DNA of 42,479 bases from Deinococcales bacterium (GTDB lineage Bacteria > Deinococcota > Deinococci > Deinococcales > JAAFIG01): positions 1-42,479 of the forward strand of contig JANNVX010000070.1 of the NCBI GenBank assembly GCA_031414595.1. The letters are read 5' to 3'. Below, piece by piece: positions 1-6,896 of the stretch (the stretch's first letter is position 1; every line of letters starts with the position of its first letter). Made by a program: the position numbers and the translations under genes. The notes below the pieces were generated by a model that had not been told where the DNA came from, made no database searches, and saw only the letters and a program-made list of their open reading frames with translations.

Positions 1-138
1 AGCAGGACAGACACAGGGGTCTGTCCCTACAAAATCCATAAAAATACGTCAGGTAGGGGCGGACCCCCGTGTCCGCCCTGTGACCAATTGTCTGTTTTTG
101 GTCTATTTGAAATCAGGAAGTTATTCTTGGACAGTTCC
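1..138 (-). mobile_element. MITE copy 1 (truncated by window edge), inverted relative to the copy at 810-1000; interrupts vapC
   Basis: Reverse complement of 1-138 matches 810-947 with one mismatch (pos. 61). The end GGACAGTTCC is followed by TAA (139-141). Confidence 0.85.
4..78. repeat. Pair of GTAG-family REP-like hairpins inside MITE copy 1
   Basis: GTAGGGGCGGACCCCCGTGTCCGCCC at 53-78 (+) and GTAGGGACAGACCCCTGTGTCTGTCCT at 30-4 (-). Each is a GTAG tetranucleotide followed by a GC-rich imperfect palindrome. Confidence 0.75.
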
Positions 139-374
139 TAAACAACGCTCCGAATCACTGGCTTCAAAAGTAAGCACCGTCATTTCTCCTGCCACTAAAC
201 CCGCCAGAAAAGCTCGAGCCGCATGAGAACCAACTTGGTTGCCAAGTAATCCACTTCGGGCAGAATCGTGGTTGGAACAAGAATCGGTTGACCAAAAAAG
301 GCTTTCATGGCTTCGTGATTTGGGTCACGGCGATTTAGAATAGCCAGTGCAGCATTGGTGTCCAGCAAAAACAT
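139..374 (-). pseudogene. vapC: VapC-type PIN-domain toxin, frameshifted and truncated by MITE
   Basis: ATG at 374 reads MFLLDTNAALAILNRRDPNHEAMKAFFGQPILVPTTILPEVDYLATK (PIN hhDTN and E motifs). It continues in another frame near 232 (GSHAARAFLAGLVAGEMTVLTFEASDSERCL) and then runs into the MITE. It lies directly after the antitoxin stop. Confidence 0.8.
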
Positions 375-581
375 TTAGCCTTCACCAAATAATAATTCTT
401 CATCCCGAAGCGATAAATCATCTATGCTCGAGTCGCCAGCCCCGTAAAAACTCCATGCTTTGGGTGTAATTTCCTTACGAATTGCCTCGAGAATCATTTC
501 TTCGAGAGTTAAACCCTGTTGCAAAGCCAGTTTATGCACGGCTGCTTCAAGATTTTTCTCGAGCGTAATTTGCATGGTCAT
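375..581 (-). CDS. vapB: VapB-like (RHH/CopG-type) antitoxin
   Basis: 68 aa, MQITLEKNLE...EMILEAIR with acidic tail GAGDSSIDDLSLRDEELL. Its stop abuts the PIN gene start, and a TACACT -10 box lies 6 nt upstream of the ATG. Confidence 0.7.
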   Translation of the reverse strand: MTMQITLEKNLEAAVHKLALQQGLTLEEMILEAIRKEITPKAWSFYGAGDSSIDDLSLRDEELLFGEG

Positions 582-616
582 GATGGTAGTGTACTGTATT
601 TTTGAAAATTCTAAAA

Positions 617-754
617 GTGGATAACACCGAGTACAACATCATAGATTTGTTACTCGAGCAGGGTGTGCTAGAAAATCGAATTGTGCTTGGTTTTCAAGCG
701 CCGTTTCAGAGACAGTTTTCTGGTTTTGCTTTGGGCAATGAAATTCAAGCCTGA
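617..754 (+). pseudogene. xisI: 3' fragment of an XisI-family gene
   Basis: Reads VDNTEYNIIDLLLEQGVLENRIVLGFQAPFQRQFSGFALGNEIQA*, matching the XisI C-terminus (compare EDGTDVGVVNELVRLGIPEDKIVLAY in 2328-2651). The N-terminal half is absent. Confidence 0.75.
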
Positions 755-758
755 GCCG

Positions 759-809
759 ATGCGCTCGAGTACGAAGTGAGATAAATTTTTATGTGCAATC
801 CTATGCTAA
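759..809 (+). repeat. Cassette-boundary repeat, copy A (split by MITE; continues at 1004-1015)
   Basis: atgcgctcgagtacgaagtgagataaatttttatgtgcaatcctatgctaa|acaccgaggc aligns with the copies at ~1845-1895 and ~2650-2710. Confidence 0.65.
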
Positions 810-1000
810 GGAACTGTCCAAGAATAACTTCCTGATTTCAAATAGACCAAAAACAGACAATTGGTCACAGGGCGGACACGGGGGTCTGCCCCTACCTGAC
901 GTATTTTTATGGATTTTGTAGGGACAGACCCCTGTGTCTGTCCTGCTAGGAAACAATGTTTCATCATTTCCAAATAGGGAAGTTATTTACGGACAAATCC
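810..1000 (+). mobile_element. 191-bp MITE with imperfect terminal inverted repeats, TAA target duplication and internal REP pair
   Basis: Left end GGAACTGTCCAAGAATAACTTCC vs reverse complement of right end GGATTTGTCCGTAAATAACTTCC (18/23). TAA at 807-809 and 1001-1003. REP hairpins at 870-895 (-) and 918-944 (+). No long ORF. Confidence 0.85.
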
Positions 1001-1068
1001 TAAACACCGAGGCGCAAGGCTTGATGAACCCGCTTGACAATCATAATCGTCTACCCTAAACTATACGA

Positions 1069-1474
1069 ATGCGGCTTTACCTTGCCCGACACCCAGACCA
1101 AATAACCAGCAAACACCCACGAATCATTGAAGATATGCTTGAGCTTTGCGAACACCATCAACTTGCTGTGAACGCCATGATTGGAATGCTCGAAGATTTA
1201 TTCGAGTTTAATCTTAAAACCAGATACGCTAAAAAGCTAACAGATTACCCGCTTTGGGAACTGAAAACCCGTTCTCGAGGCGGCGAAAAAGGCGGAGCAA
1301 GAGTCTATTTTTTTGTCGAAAATAACATTGCTTACATCTGCAATGCCGAAGTCAAAATAGGCAGCGAACCGAGCGAATACAAACTCGAGGAAGCGACCAT
1401 GCCCGTTAGGTGCGTTTTATGGTCAAGAAGCCCTAGAAATTCTAGTCGCCCATCGCGCTGGGAGGAACATATGA
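1069..1474 (+). pseudogene. RelE/ParE/HigB-like toxin, frameshifted near its 3' end by a 37-bp insertion and now read through into the antitoxin (ORF 1069-1842)
   Basis: KKLTDYPLWELKTRSRGGEKGGARVYFF is a RelE-fold signature. Removing 1395-1431 restores ...KLEEALEILVAHRAGRNI* with TGA (1472-1474) overlapping the antitoxin ATG. Confidence 0.7.
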
Positions 1475-1842
1475 ACCCACGAATCAAAGCCATGCTCGAG
1501 ACTTTTACCCCCGAAGAAATCCAAACTGGAATTCTTGAGAATAAACAAAGTAAAACAGTTCTAGCAACCACACCAAGCGAACTTGAACGTACTTTCAAAG
1601 CCGAACTTCTGGCTCGAAATGCCGGGACTTTACTACGCCAAGCACGGGAAGCTCGAGGCAAAAGCCTGAGTAAATTAGGTTTGGAGCTTGGCATTAGCAA
1701 AGGCAGGGTGCATCAGCGCGAACAAGCCAGTGCCAACTTAGAAATCAAAACAATCCTCGAGCAAGCCGATGCGCTCGAGTACGAAGTTGAATTGGTGTTA
1801 AGACCAAAGCAAGGTGGGCAGGAAATACGAGCGTTGTTGTAA
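1471..1842 (+). CDS. XRE/HigA-like HTH antitoxin
   Basis: GGAGGA Shine-Dalgarno before ATG 1471. LLRQAREARGKSLSKLGLELGISKGRVHQREQ is a Cro/XRE HTH. Confidence 0.8.
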   Translation: MNPRIKAMLETFTPEEIQTGILENKQSKTVLATTPSELERTFKAELLARNAGTLLRQAREARGKSLSKLGLELGISKGRVHQREQASANLEIKTILEQADALEYEVELVLRPKQGGQEIRALL

Positions 1843-1844
1843 AA

Positions 1845-1895
1845 TGCGCTTCAGTAAAGCATGGTAGGATTTTGGGTGCAGCCCTGTGCTAAACA
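1845..1895 (+). repeat. Cassette-boundary repeat, copy B
   Basis: atgcgcttcagtaaagcatggtaggattttgggtgcagccctgtgctaaacac, immediately after the antitoxin stop. Confidence 0.65.
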
Positions 1896-1911
1896 CGAGT
1901 AGAATACAACC

Positions 1912-2337
1912 ATGCCCGCTCGAGATAATTACCATGATGCCGTCCGAACAGCCCTCGAGAAAGAAGGTTGGAAAATTACCGCAGACCCATACTATCTTGG
2001 CTTTGGACGCGATGTGGTTGCCATAGACTTAGCGGCAGAACGCACTCTTGCGGCTGAACGGGATAACCAAAAAATTGCCGTCGAGATAAAGAGTTTTAAC
2101 AACCCGAGTATTCTTCACGATTTTCATGCTGCACTTGGGCAATACTTGAATTATCAAATTGGAGTGACCCCCTAAAGTGAGACCAGCGAACCGACTCGGG
2201 TTTTATACCTTGCTCTACCAAACACCACCTATGCCAGAATTCTCGAGCGTGACCTTGTACAAGCCGCTTTGAAACGTCACAATGTTCGATTATTGGTCTA
2301 CAATACTGAACAAGAGGTGATTGAACAATGGACATAG
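1912..2337 (+). pseudogene. xisH: XisH-family PD-(D/E)xK protein with in-frame TAA
   Basis: MPARDNYHDAVRTALEKEGWKITADP...IDLAAE...IAVEIKSF...ALGQYLNY. The same frame continues after TAA (2173-2175) with SEPTRVLYLALP...LLVYNTEQEVIEQWT* ending at 2337, overlapping xisI. Confidence 0.85.
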
Positions 2338-2651
2338 AACAAACCCAACAAGCCATTCTCGAGGTACTGAACAGCATTATGCCACACAGCAGCAATGGTC
2401 TCGAGTATTCACTTCTAGCCGATAAAGAAAAGCACCAGTATCAACTTCTGGTCAGTGGTTGGCAGCAGCATAAGCGTGTGCATGGCATTGTGGCACAAAT
2501 GGACATTCGGGACAACCTGATTTGGGTACAAGAAGATGGAACAGATGTTGGTGTGGTCAATGAATTGGTGCGCCTTGGGATTCCCGAGGACAAAATCGTG
2601 TTGGCGTACATGATGCCAAACCAAACGCAGAAACTCGAGTTTGTCAGATAA
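2328..2651 (+). CDS. xisI: XisI-family protein
   Basis: DKEKHQYQLLVSGWQQHKRVHG...DIRDNLIWVQEDGT...GIPEDKIVLA. Follows xisH. Confidence 0.9.
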   Translation: MDIEQTQQAILEVLNSIMPHSSNGLEYSLLADKEKHQYQLLVSGWQQHKRVHGIVAQMDIRDNLIWVQEDGTDVGVVNELVRLGIPEDKIVLAYMMPNQTQKLEFVR

Positions 2652-2710
2652 GCACTCGAGAATGCGTGGTAGAATTTTATGTGCAGCCATGTGCTAAACG
2701 CCAAGGCTCG
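2650..2710 (+). repeat. Cassette-boundary repeat, copy C
   Basis: aagcactcgagaatgcgtggtagaattttatgtgcagccatgtgctaaacgccaaggctcgag, immediately after the xisI stop. Confidence 0.65.
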
Positions 2711-2762
2711 AGATTAAAAGACTGACATTGGATACCGCTAGGTAATCTTGTATACTTAAGCT

Positions 2763-4103
2763 ATGTCGCAACCAAGTAACCGAAATCGCCGCAATGATAA
2801 TACTTCTATCAAGGGTATTTTTATTCGTGGTTTTAAGTCAATAAAAAATAAAATAGAAATTAGTTTCCAGCCATTGACTATTATTGCAGGTGCAAATAGT
2901 TCAGGAAAATCTTCTGCTTTTCAACCCTTATTACTTCTCAAACAGACCCTAGATTCACCTTTTGATCAGGGACCACTTCGTATAAATGGCGAAAATGCAA
3001 AATTTAGTGAATCTTCTCAACTTTTCTGGAAAGGTGGGCGCAAAATTGATACTGCTTCAGAATTTGAGATTGGATTTATTTTAGAAGGCTTAAACCCATC
3101 AATTATTTATGAAAAAGCAAAAGTAGGATTGGCGATTAAGTCTGTTGAGTTTACCAGTTCAGGAGAACGTAAGGAGATTAACGAAAAAACGAGTCAAGAA
3201 GAATTGGAAACAATTTTTACAGTACCAACAGAAATCAATAGTCGATTTCTAAAGAAAAATGAATATAAAATACACAGAAACATACAACGTAAGCGCTGGT
3301 TTTTGGATGTAACTTTACAATTTATAGGCAAAAATGATGTTCTGGAAACCCCTTTTTTAGAACCCTCTTTTTCATTTTTTAATGATATTCAAAACGAGGT
3401 AAACAAAATAATTCATTTGCCAGGATTGCGTGGTAATCCAGAGCGTTTCTATCCGGAAACAGCTATTGGGAAATCTTTTTCTGGTGTTTTTACCCCATAC
3501 TCAGCCAGTATAATTGCCAACTGGAAAGATGAAAGTTCTGGTTTACTAACTCAACTCGGTGATGATTTAAGAGAAATTGGTTTAACTTGGAAAGTTGATC
3601 CAAAAAGAATAGATGATACACGAGTAGAATTGCGTGTTGGAAGGTTGCCACAAGCAGCACATAGTGGGGCGAATGATTTAGTGAGTATTGCAGATGTTGG
3701 TGTTGGCGTTTCTCAGACACTACCTTTATTAGTTGCTTTGCTCGTTGCTGAAAAAGGACAAATTGTATATATAGAACAACCCGAAATACATTTGCATCCT
3801 CGAGCGCAAGTTGCCCTTGCACCTATCCTCATTCGGGCAGCAAATAGGGGTGTAATAACTGTGATTGAAACACATAGTAGCTTACTGTTAAAAAGTATTC
3901 AGGAACAGGTCGCTCTTGGCAAAATCATGCCTGAGAAAACCGTTCTGCATTGGTTTTCTCGAGATGAATATGGTGTGACGAATGTTCAAAGTGATTCGTT
4001 CTCTAAGGATGGTTCTTATGGAGATTGGCCCGAAGATTTTGGTGATATTGAGTTAGATATTGAAGACAGATTTTTACGTGCATCTTTTGGTCAAGAAGTA
4101 TGA
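2763..4103 (+). CDS. AAA_15/AAA_21-type ABC ATPase with DUF3696-like C-terminus
   Basis: Walker A GANSSGKS, signature-like DVGVGVSQ, Walker B VYIEQPEIHLHP, H-loop IETHS, and C-terminal DGSYGDWPEDF. AT-rich, with a TATACT box 6 nt upstream. Confidence 0.85.
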   Translation: MSQPSNRNRRNDNTSIKGIFIRGFKSIKNKIEISFQPLTIIAGANSSGKSSAFQPLLLLKQTLDSPFDQGPLRINGENAKFSESSQLFWKGGRKIDTASEFEIGFILEGLNPSIIYEKAKVGLAIKSVEFTSSGERKEINEKTSQEELETIFTVPTEINSRFLKKNEYKIHRNIQRKRWFLDVTLQFIGKNDVLETPFLEPSFSFFNDIQNEVNKIIHLPGLRGNPERFYPETAIGKSFSGVFTPYSASIIANWKDESSGLLTQLGDDLREIGLTWKVDPKRIDDTRVELRVGRLPQAAHSGANDLVSIADVGVGVSQTLPLLVALLVAEKGQIVYIEQPEIHLHPRAQVALAPILIRAANRGVITVIETHSSLLLKSIQEQVALGKIMPEKTVLHWFSRDEYGVTNVQSDSFSKDGSYGDWPEDFGDIELDIEDRFLRASFGQEV

Positions 4104-4636
4104 CCCATGTTGTTGTGGATGTTTCAGTGGCACGTTCTAGTGGCAATGCAACTGCCATTCATCCGAATGCTGTGGCTTGTCGAAGAGTTTTGGAGTCAAT
4201 TCGAGATCATCCAAGTATTTTTCTGATAATGACTAGCGAAATTTTGGAGGAATGGCTAAAAAACGACGTTGAATCTCAAAAAGTTTATGCGTCAAAATAT
4301 GCGATTAAATGGCTTTCTGCAATGCGTTCAAAACAAAAAATAAGGTTGATTAGTCCCATAAAAATAAATGAATTTGATCAATGCGCTCAGGATAATTTAG
4401 ATCCAATTTATCTCGCTGAACTTCGTAAAGATGCACACTTATTTTATGCAGCATTATCTTCGGATAAAAAAGTTATTTCGTGTGATAAAAAATGTTGGCA
4501 ATACGCAATTGCCATTGCTGACTGCTATCCAAGAATTCAAGGTTTACATTGGGTCAATCCCAATGATGTTTACTGCCTAGAGTGGATTTCGGAAGGTGCA
4601 AATGACAATCCATATTGGACACCTTCAAATCAGTAA
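4100..4636 (+). CDS. PIN-fold-like protein coupled to the ATPase
   Basis: ATGA overlap with the ATPase. VVVDVSV at the N-terminus, ILEEW, KDAHLFYAAL and VISCD give the PIN acidic pattern D..E..D..D. Confidence 0.6.
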   Translation: MTHVVVDVSVARSSGNATAIHPNAVACRRVLESIRDHPSIFLIMTSEILEEWLKNDVESQKVYASKYAIKWLSAMRSKQKIRLISPIKINEFDQCAQDNLDPIYLAELRKDAHLFYAALSSDKKVISCDKKCWQYAIAIADCYPRIQGLHWVNPNDVYCLEWISEGANDNPYWTPSNQ

Positions 4637-4641
4637 ATTTC

Positions 4642-4806
4642 ATGCTTAAATCTCTTTCTCTTTTCAGTGGTTGTGGCGGCTTGGATAGCGGTGTCTTCCA
4701 AGCTGGTTTCACGCCATTGGCAATGCAGAAGTAACTCCTCATGCCACCAAAACCTTGTCGCATTGGCTGGGGCAGGGTTATTCCACTGTTCTCGAGCTTG
4801 CTCGAG
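4642..4806 (+). pseudogene. 5' remnant of a C5 DNA cytosine methyltransferase
   Basis: MLKSLSLFSGCGGLDSGVFQAGF is motif I (FxGxGG). After a frameshift, EVTPHATKTL resembles motifs II/III. The remnant breaks off at two CTCGAG sites just before the spoIID stop. Confidence 0.75.
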
Positions 4807-4808
4807 GT

Positions 4809-5936
4809 CTACTGCACCGCGTAAGCCCCAATCCCAACACCCGGATAATAGTAGCCAAGTATTTGGGTGTACCCGTAACCTTGCGCCGCAAAATACCGTG
4901 CGCCATACTGCGATAAACCCACACCATGACCATTGCCATAACCTTCAATAATCAGGGGGTTGCTCGAGACCACATCAATCATGCTGCTTTTTGCACCCAA
5001 TGCCCGTGCAAGGCTGTAAATATTTGTGCCAGTAATTTTGCTTGTGCCTGTACTACCGACGATTTCGATTGAACTTGGGCGGTTGCTTTCGGTGCGGTCC
5101 AAGACGCGCATACTGCGAAATGTACCAATGTTGACGAATCGGTTAATCACGCTTTGAGCTACTGCTTGTGAGACCGTAACCCGCCAAGCATTCGGACTCG
5201 AGACACCACCGGGGTCTGGGCGAGCAGTCAAGTACGGCAGGTCACCACCCCAGATTTCACGGCTCGAGGCAGTGAAGCCGCCACTTTCGGCATGAAAATA
5301 AGTTCGGGCTGGTTTGTTGCCATACGATAAAATTAAGCCGCGTGTGCTGGCAGCCGCCGCGTCACCGCGTGGTGTTTCGGCAGTTGCCCCGCCGTAGACT
5401 TGGCAACGTTCAGAATCACAGAGGTCGTAATCGGCTTTGGTGTTGATGTTGGCGATTGCGTAAGTTCGGGCAATCACCGCTTGGGCTTTTAGGGCTTCGT
5501 CTTGCCAATGGGTTGGCATCTCGAGCGGAATCACACCACGCACATATTCTTCAACATCCACGGCATTGACCAGCATCACTTGTCCACCCCTTGCCAGAAG
5601 CACAGCAGCCCCACGATAGAGTTTGCCGTTGTACTGAAAATAACTGGTGTTGCTTTGCAGAATTAAACGGTCTTTGCCCGTGTCAAAGATGCCAGTGGCG
5701 GTTTCGATGCCAATGTCGTTGCCAAGTACCGAGATGCGCCACTCGAGGGCAGTATCGCTGCTCGAGATGGTCGTGCCATCAGCAAATAAAGCACTGTGAT
5801 TGGCGGGCATCAGAATCGAGACTTTACTTTGTTGCCCAAGCAAGACCCGTAAAAGTAGCACATTGGGGTTGCGAGGTTGTGCTGCTCCGACCGAGAACAG
5901 CAACAATCCGATTAAAATTAGGCTTTTGAACCACAT
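4809..5936 (-). CDS. SpoIID/LytB-domain protein (peptidoglycan lytic transglycosylase-like), exported
   Basis: Signal peptide, EEYVRGVIPLEMP, EALKAQAVIARTY, CQVYGG and GNGHGVGLSQYGA. Confidence 0.92.
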   Translation of the reverse strand: MWFKSLILIGLLLFSVGAAQPRNPNVLLLRVLLGQQSKVSILMPANHSALFADGTTISSSDTALEWRISVLGNDIGIETATGIFDTGKDRLILQSNTSYFQYNGKLYRGAAVLLARGGQVMLVNAVDVEEYVRGVIPLEMPTHWQDEALKAQAVIARTYAIANINTKADYDLCDSERCQVYGGATAETPRGDAAAASTRGLILSYGNKPARTYFHAESGGFTASSREIWGGDLPYLTARPDPGGVSSPNAWRVTVSQAVAQSVINRFVNIGTFRSMRVLDRTESNRPSSIEIVGSTGTSKITGTNIYSLARALGAKSSMIDVVSSNPLIIEGYGNGHGVGLSQYGARYFAAQGYGYTQILGYYYPGVGIGAYAVQ

Positions 5937-6032
5937 ATGGCTCGAGTGTACCCGAAAAATGTCAAGGAAGATGGGTTTTTATCACACACTTGGTCAGCCC
6001 AGTCTCATCTTACGCGGTACAATTCTAAATCC

Positions 6033-6854
6033 ATGACCTTAGAAAGTGATTCCAGCGCGATGGCGTTACAAACCCGTCTGCCGCCAAATTGGCGGCGTTT
6101 ACGCTTGCTGCTTGAATGGGATGGCACAGAATTTAAGGGCTGGCAAGTCCAAAGTAAAGGCGAGCGCACCATCCAAGGGGTTTTAGAAGCCGCCCTCGAG
6201 CCGTTGGGTCGTTTCAACCGCCCGATGGCAGCCGGACGCACCGATACTGGGGTTCATGCCCTCGAGATGCCCGTTCATGTGGACGTGGGCTTTAGTACCC
6301 CTGCCGATAAGGTCTTAAAAGCCCTCAATGCCCGTTTACCGCCAGATGTCCGAATCTTAAGTTGCACCGACACCGATGCCAATTTTCATGCACGGTTTTC
6401 TTGCAATTGGCGTTCATACAGTTACCGAATTCTCAATACCCCCACTGCCAGTGCTTTAGAACGCTCCCGCGCCCTGTGGATACCCTACCGCCTTGAGGTT
6501 GCCCCAATGCGTCATGCGGCGGCTCATTTAATTGGCGAACACGACTTTGCGGCTTTTGCCACAAGAGAAGAACGCGATACCCAACGCGAAGTGTTGTCGG
6601 TTGACGTTCGAGCCGTTTCTGCCCCATTCTCGAGAAACACCGAATTTGTTGAAGTCAGAATCACAGGCGAGAGTTTTTTGCGCCACATGGTACGCGGTAT
6701 TGTCGGCACACTGCTCGAAGTCGGCAGTGGCAAACTTAAATCTGAAGATGTTTTAACCGTTCTCGAGTCCAAAGACCGTGACCAAGCGGGTAGAAATGTT
6801 GCACCACACGGCTTGTATTTTGTCAAAGCTGGGTACAGCCCGTGGCAGGGGTGA
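6033..6854 (+). CDS. truA: tRNA pseudouridine(38-40) synthase
   Basis: DGTEFKGWQVQ, AGRTDTGVHA, FHARF, FLRHMVRGIVG and APHGLYF. Start moved to 6033, downstream of TACAAT (6060 is also possible). Confidence 0.95.
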   Translation: MTLESDSSAMALQTRLPPNWRRLRLLLEWDGTEFKGWQVQSKGERTIQGVLEAALEPLGRFNRPMAAGRTDTGVHALEMPVHVDVGFSTPADKVLKALNARLPPDVRILSCTDTDANFHARFSCNWRSYSYRILNTPTASALERSRALWIPYRLEVAPMRHAAAHLIGEHDFAAFATREERDTQREVLSVDVRAVSAPFSRNTEFVEVRITGESFLRHMVRGIVGTLLEVGSGKLKSEDVLTVLESKDRDQAGRNVAPHGLYFVKAGYSPWQG

Positions 6855-6865
6855 GAAGAGATTCT

Positions 6866-6886
6866 GAGGAAAGAGGAAAGAGGAAA
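6866..6886 (+). repeat. Tandem heptamer (GAGGAAA)x3 between convergent genes
   Basis: Three perfect copies between the truA and ubiD stop codons. Confidence 0.7.
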
Positions 6887-6896
6887 CTTCTTAACC

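Noticed and set aside
1-1003. CRISPR array or tRNA/ncRNA reading of the GC-rich hairpins
   Set aside because: There are no regularly spaced repeats with unique spacers, no cas genes and no cloverleaf. The hairpins are explained as REPs in a MITE.
1069-1842. Single natural 257-aa gene
   Set aside because: The internal RBS/ATG at 1471 and a removable 37-bp insert show two genes fused by a frameshift.
759-2710. Classical integron attC sites
   Set aside because: The repeats lack the RYYYAAC...GTTRRRY arrangement and fold-back symmetry, and no intI is in the window.
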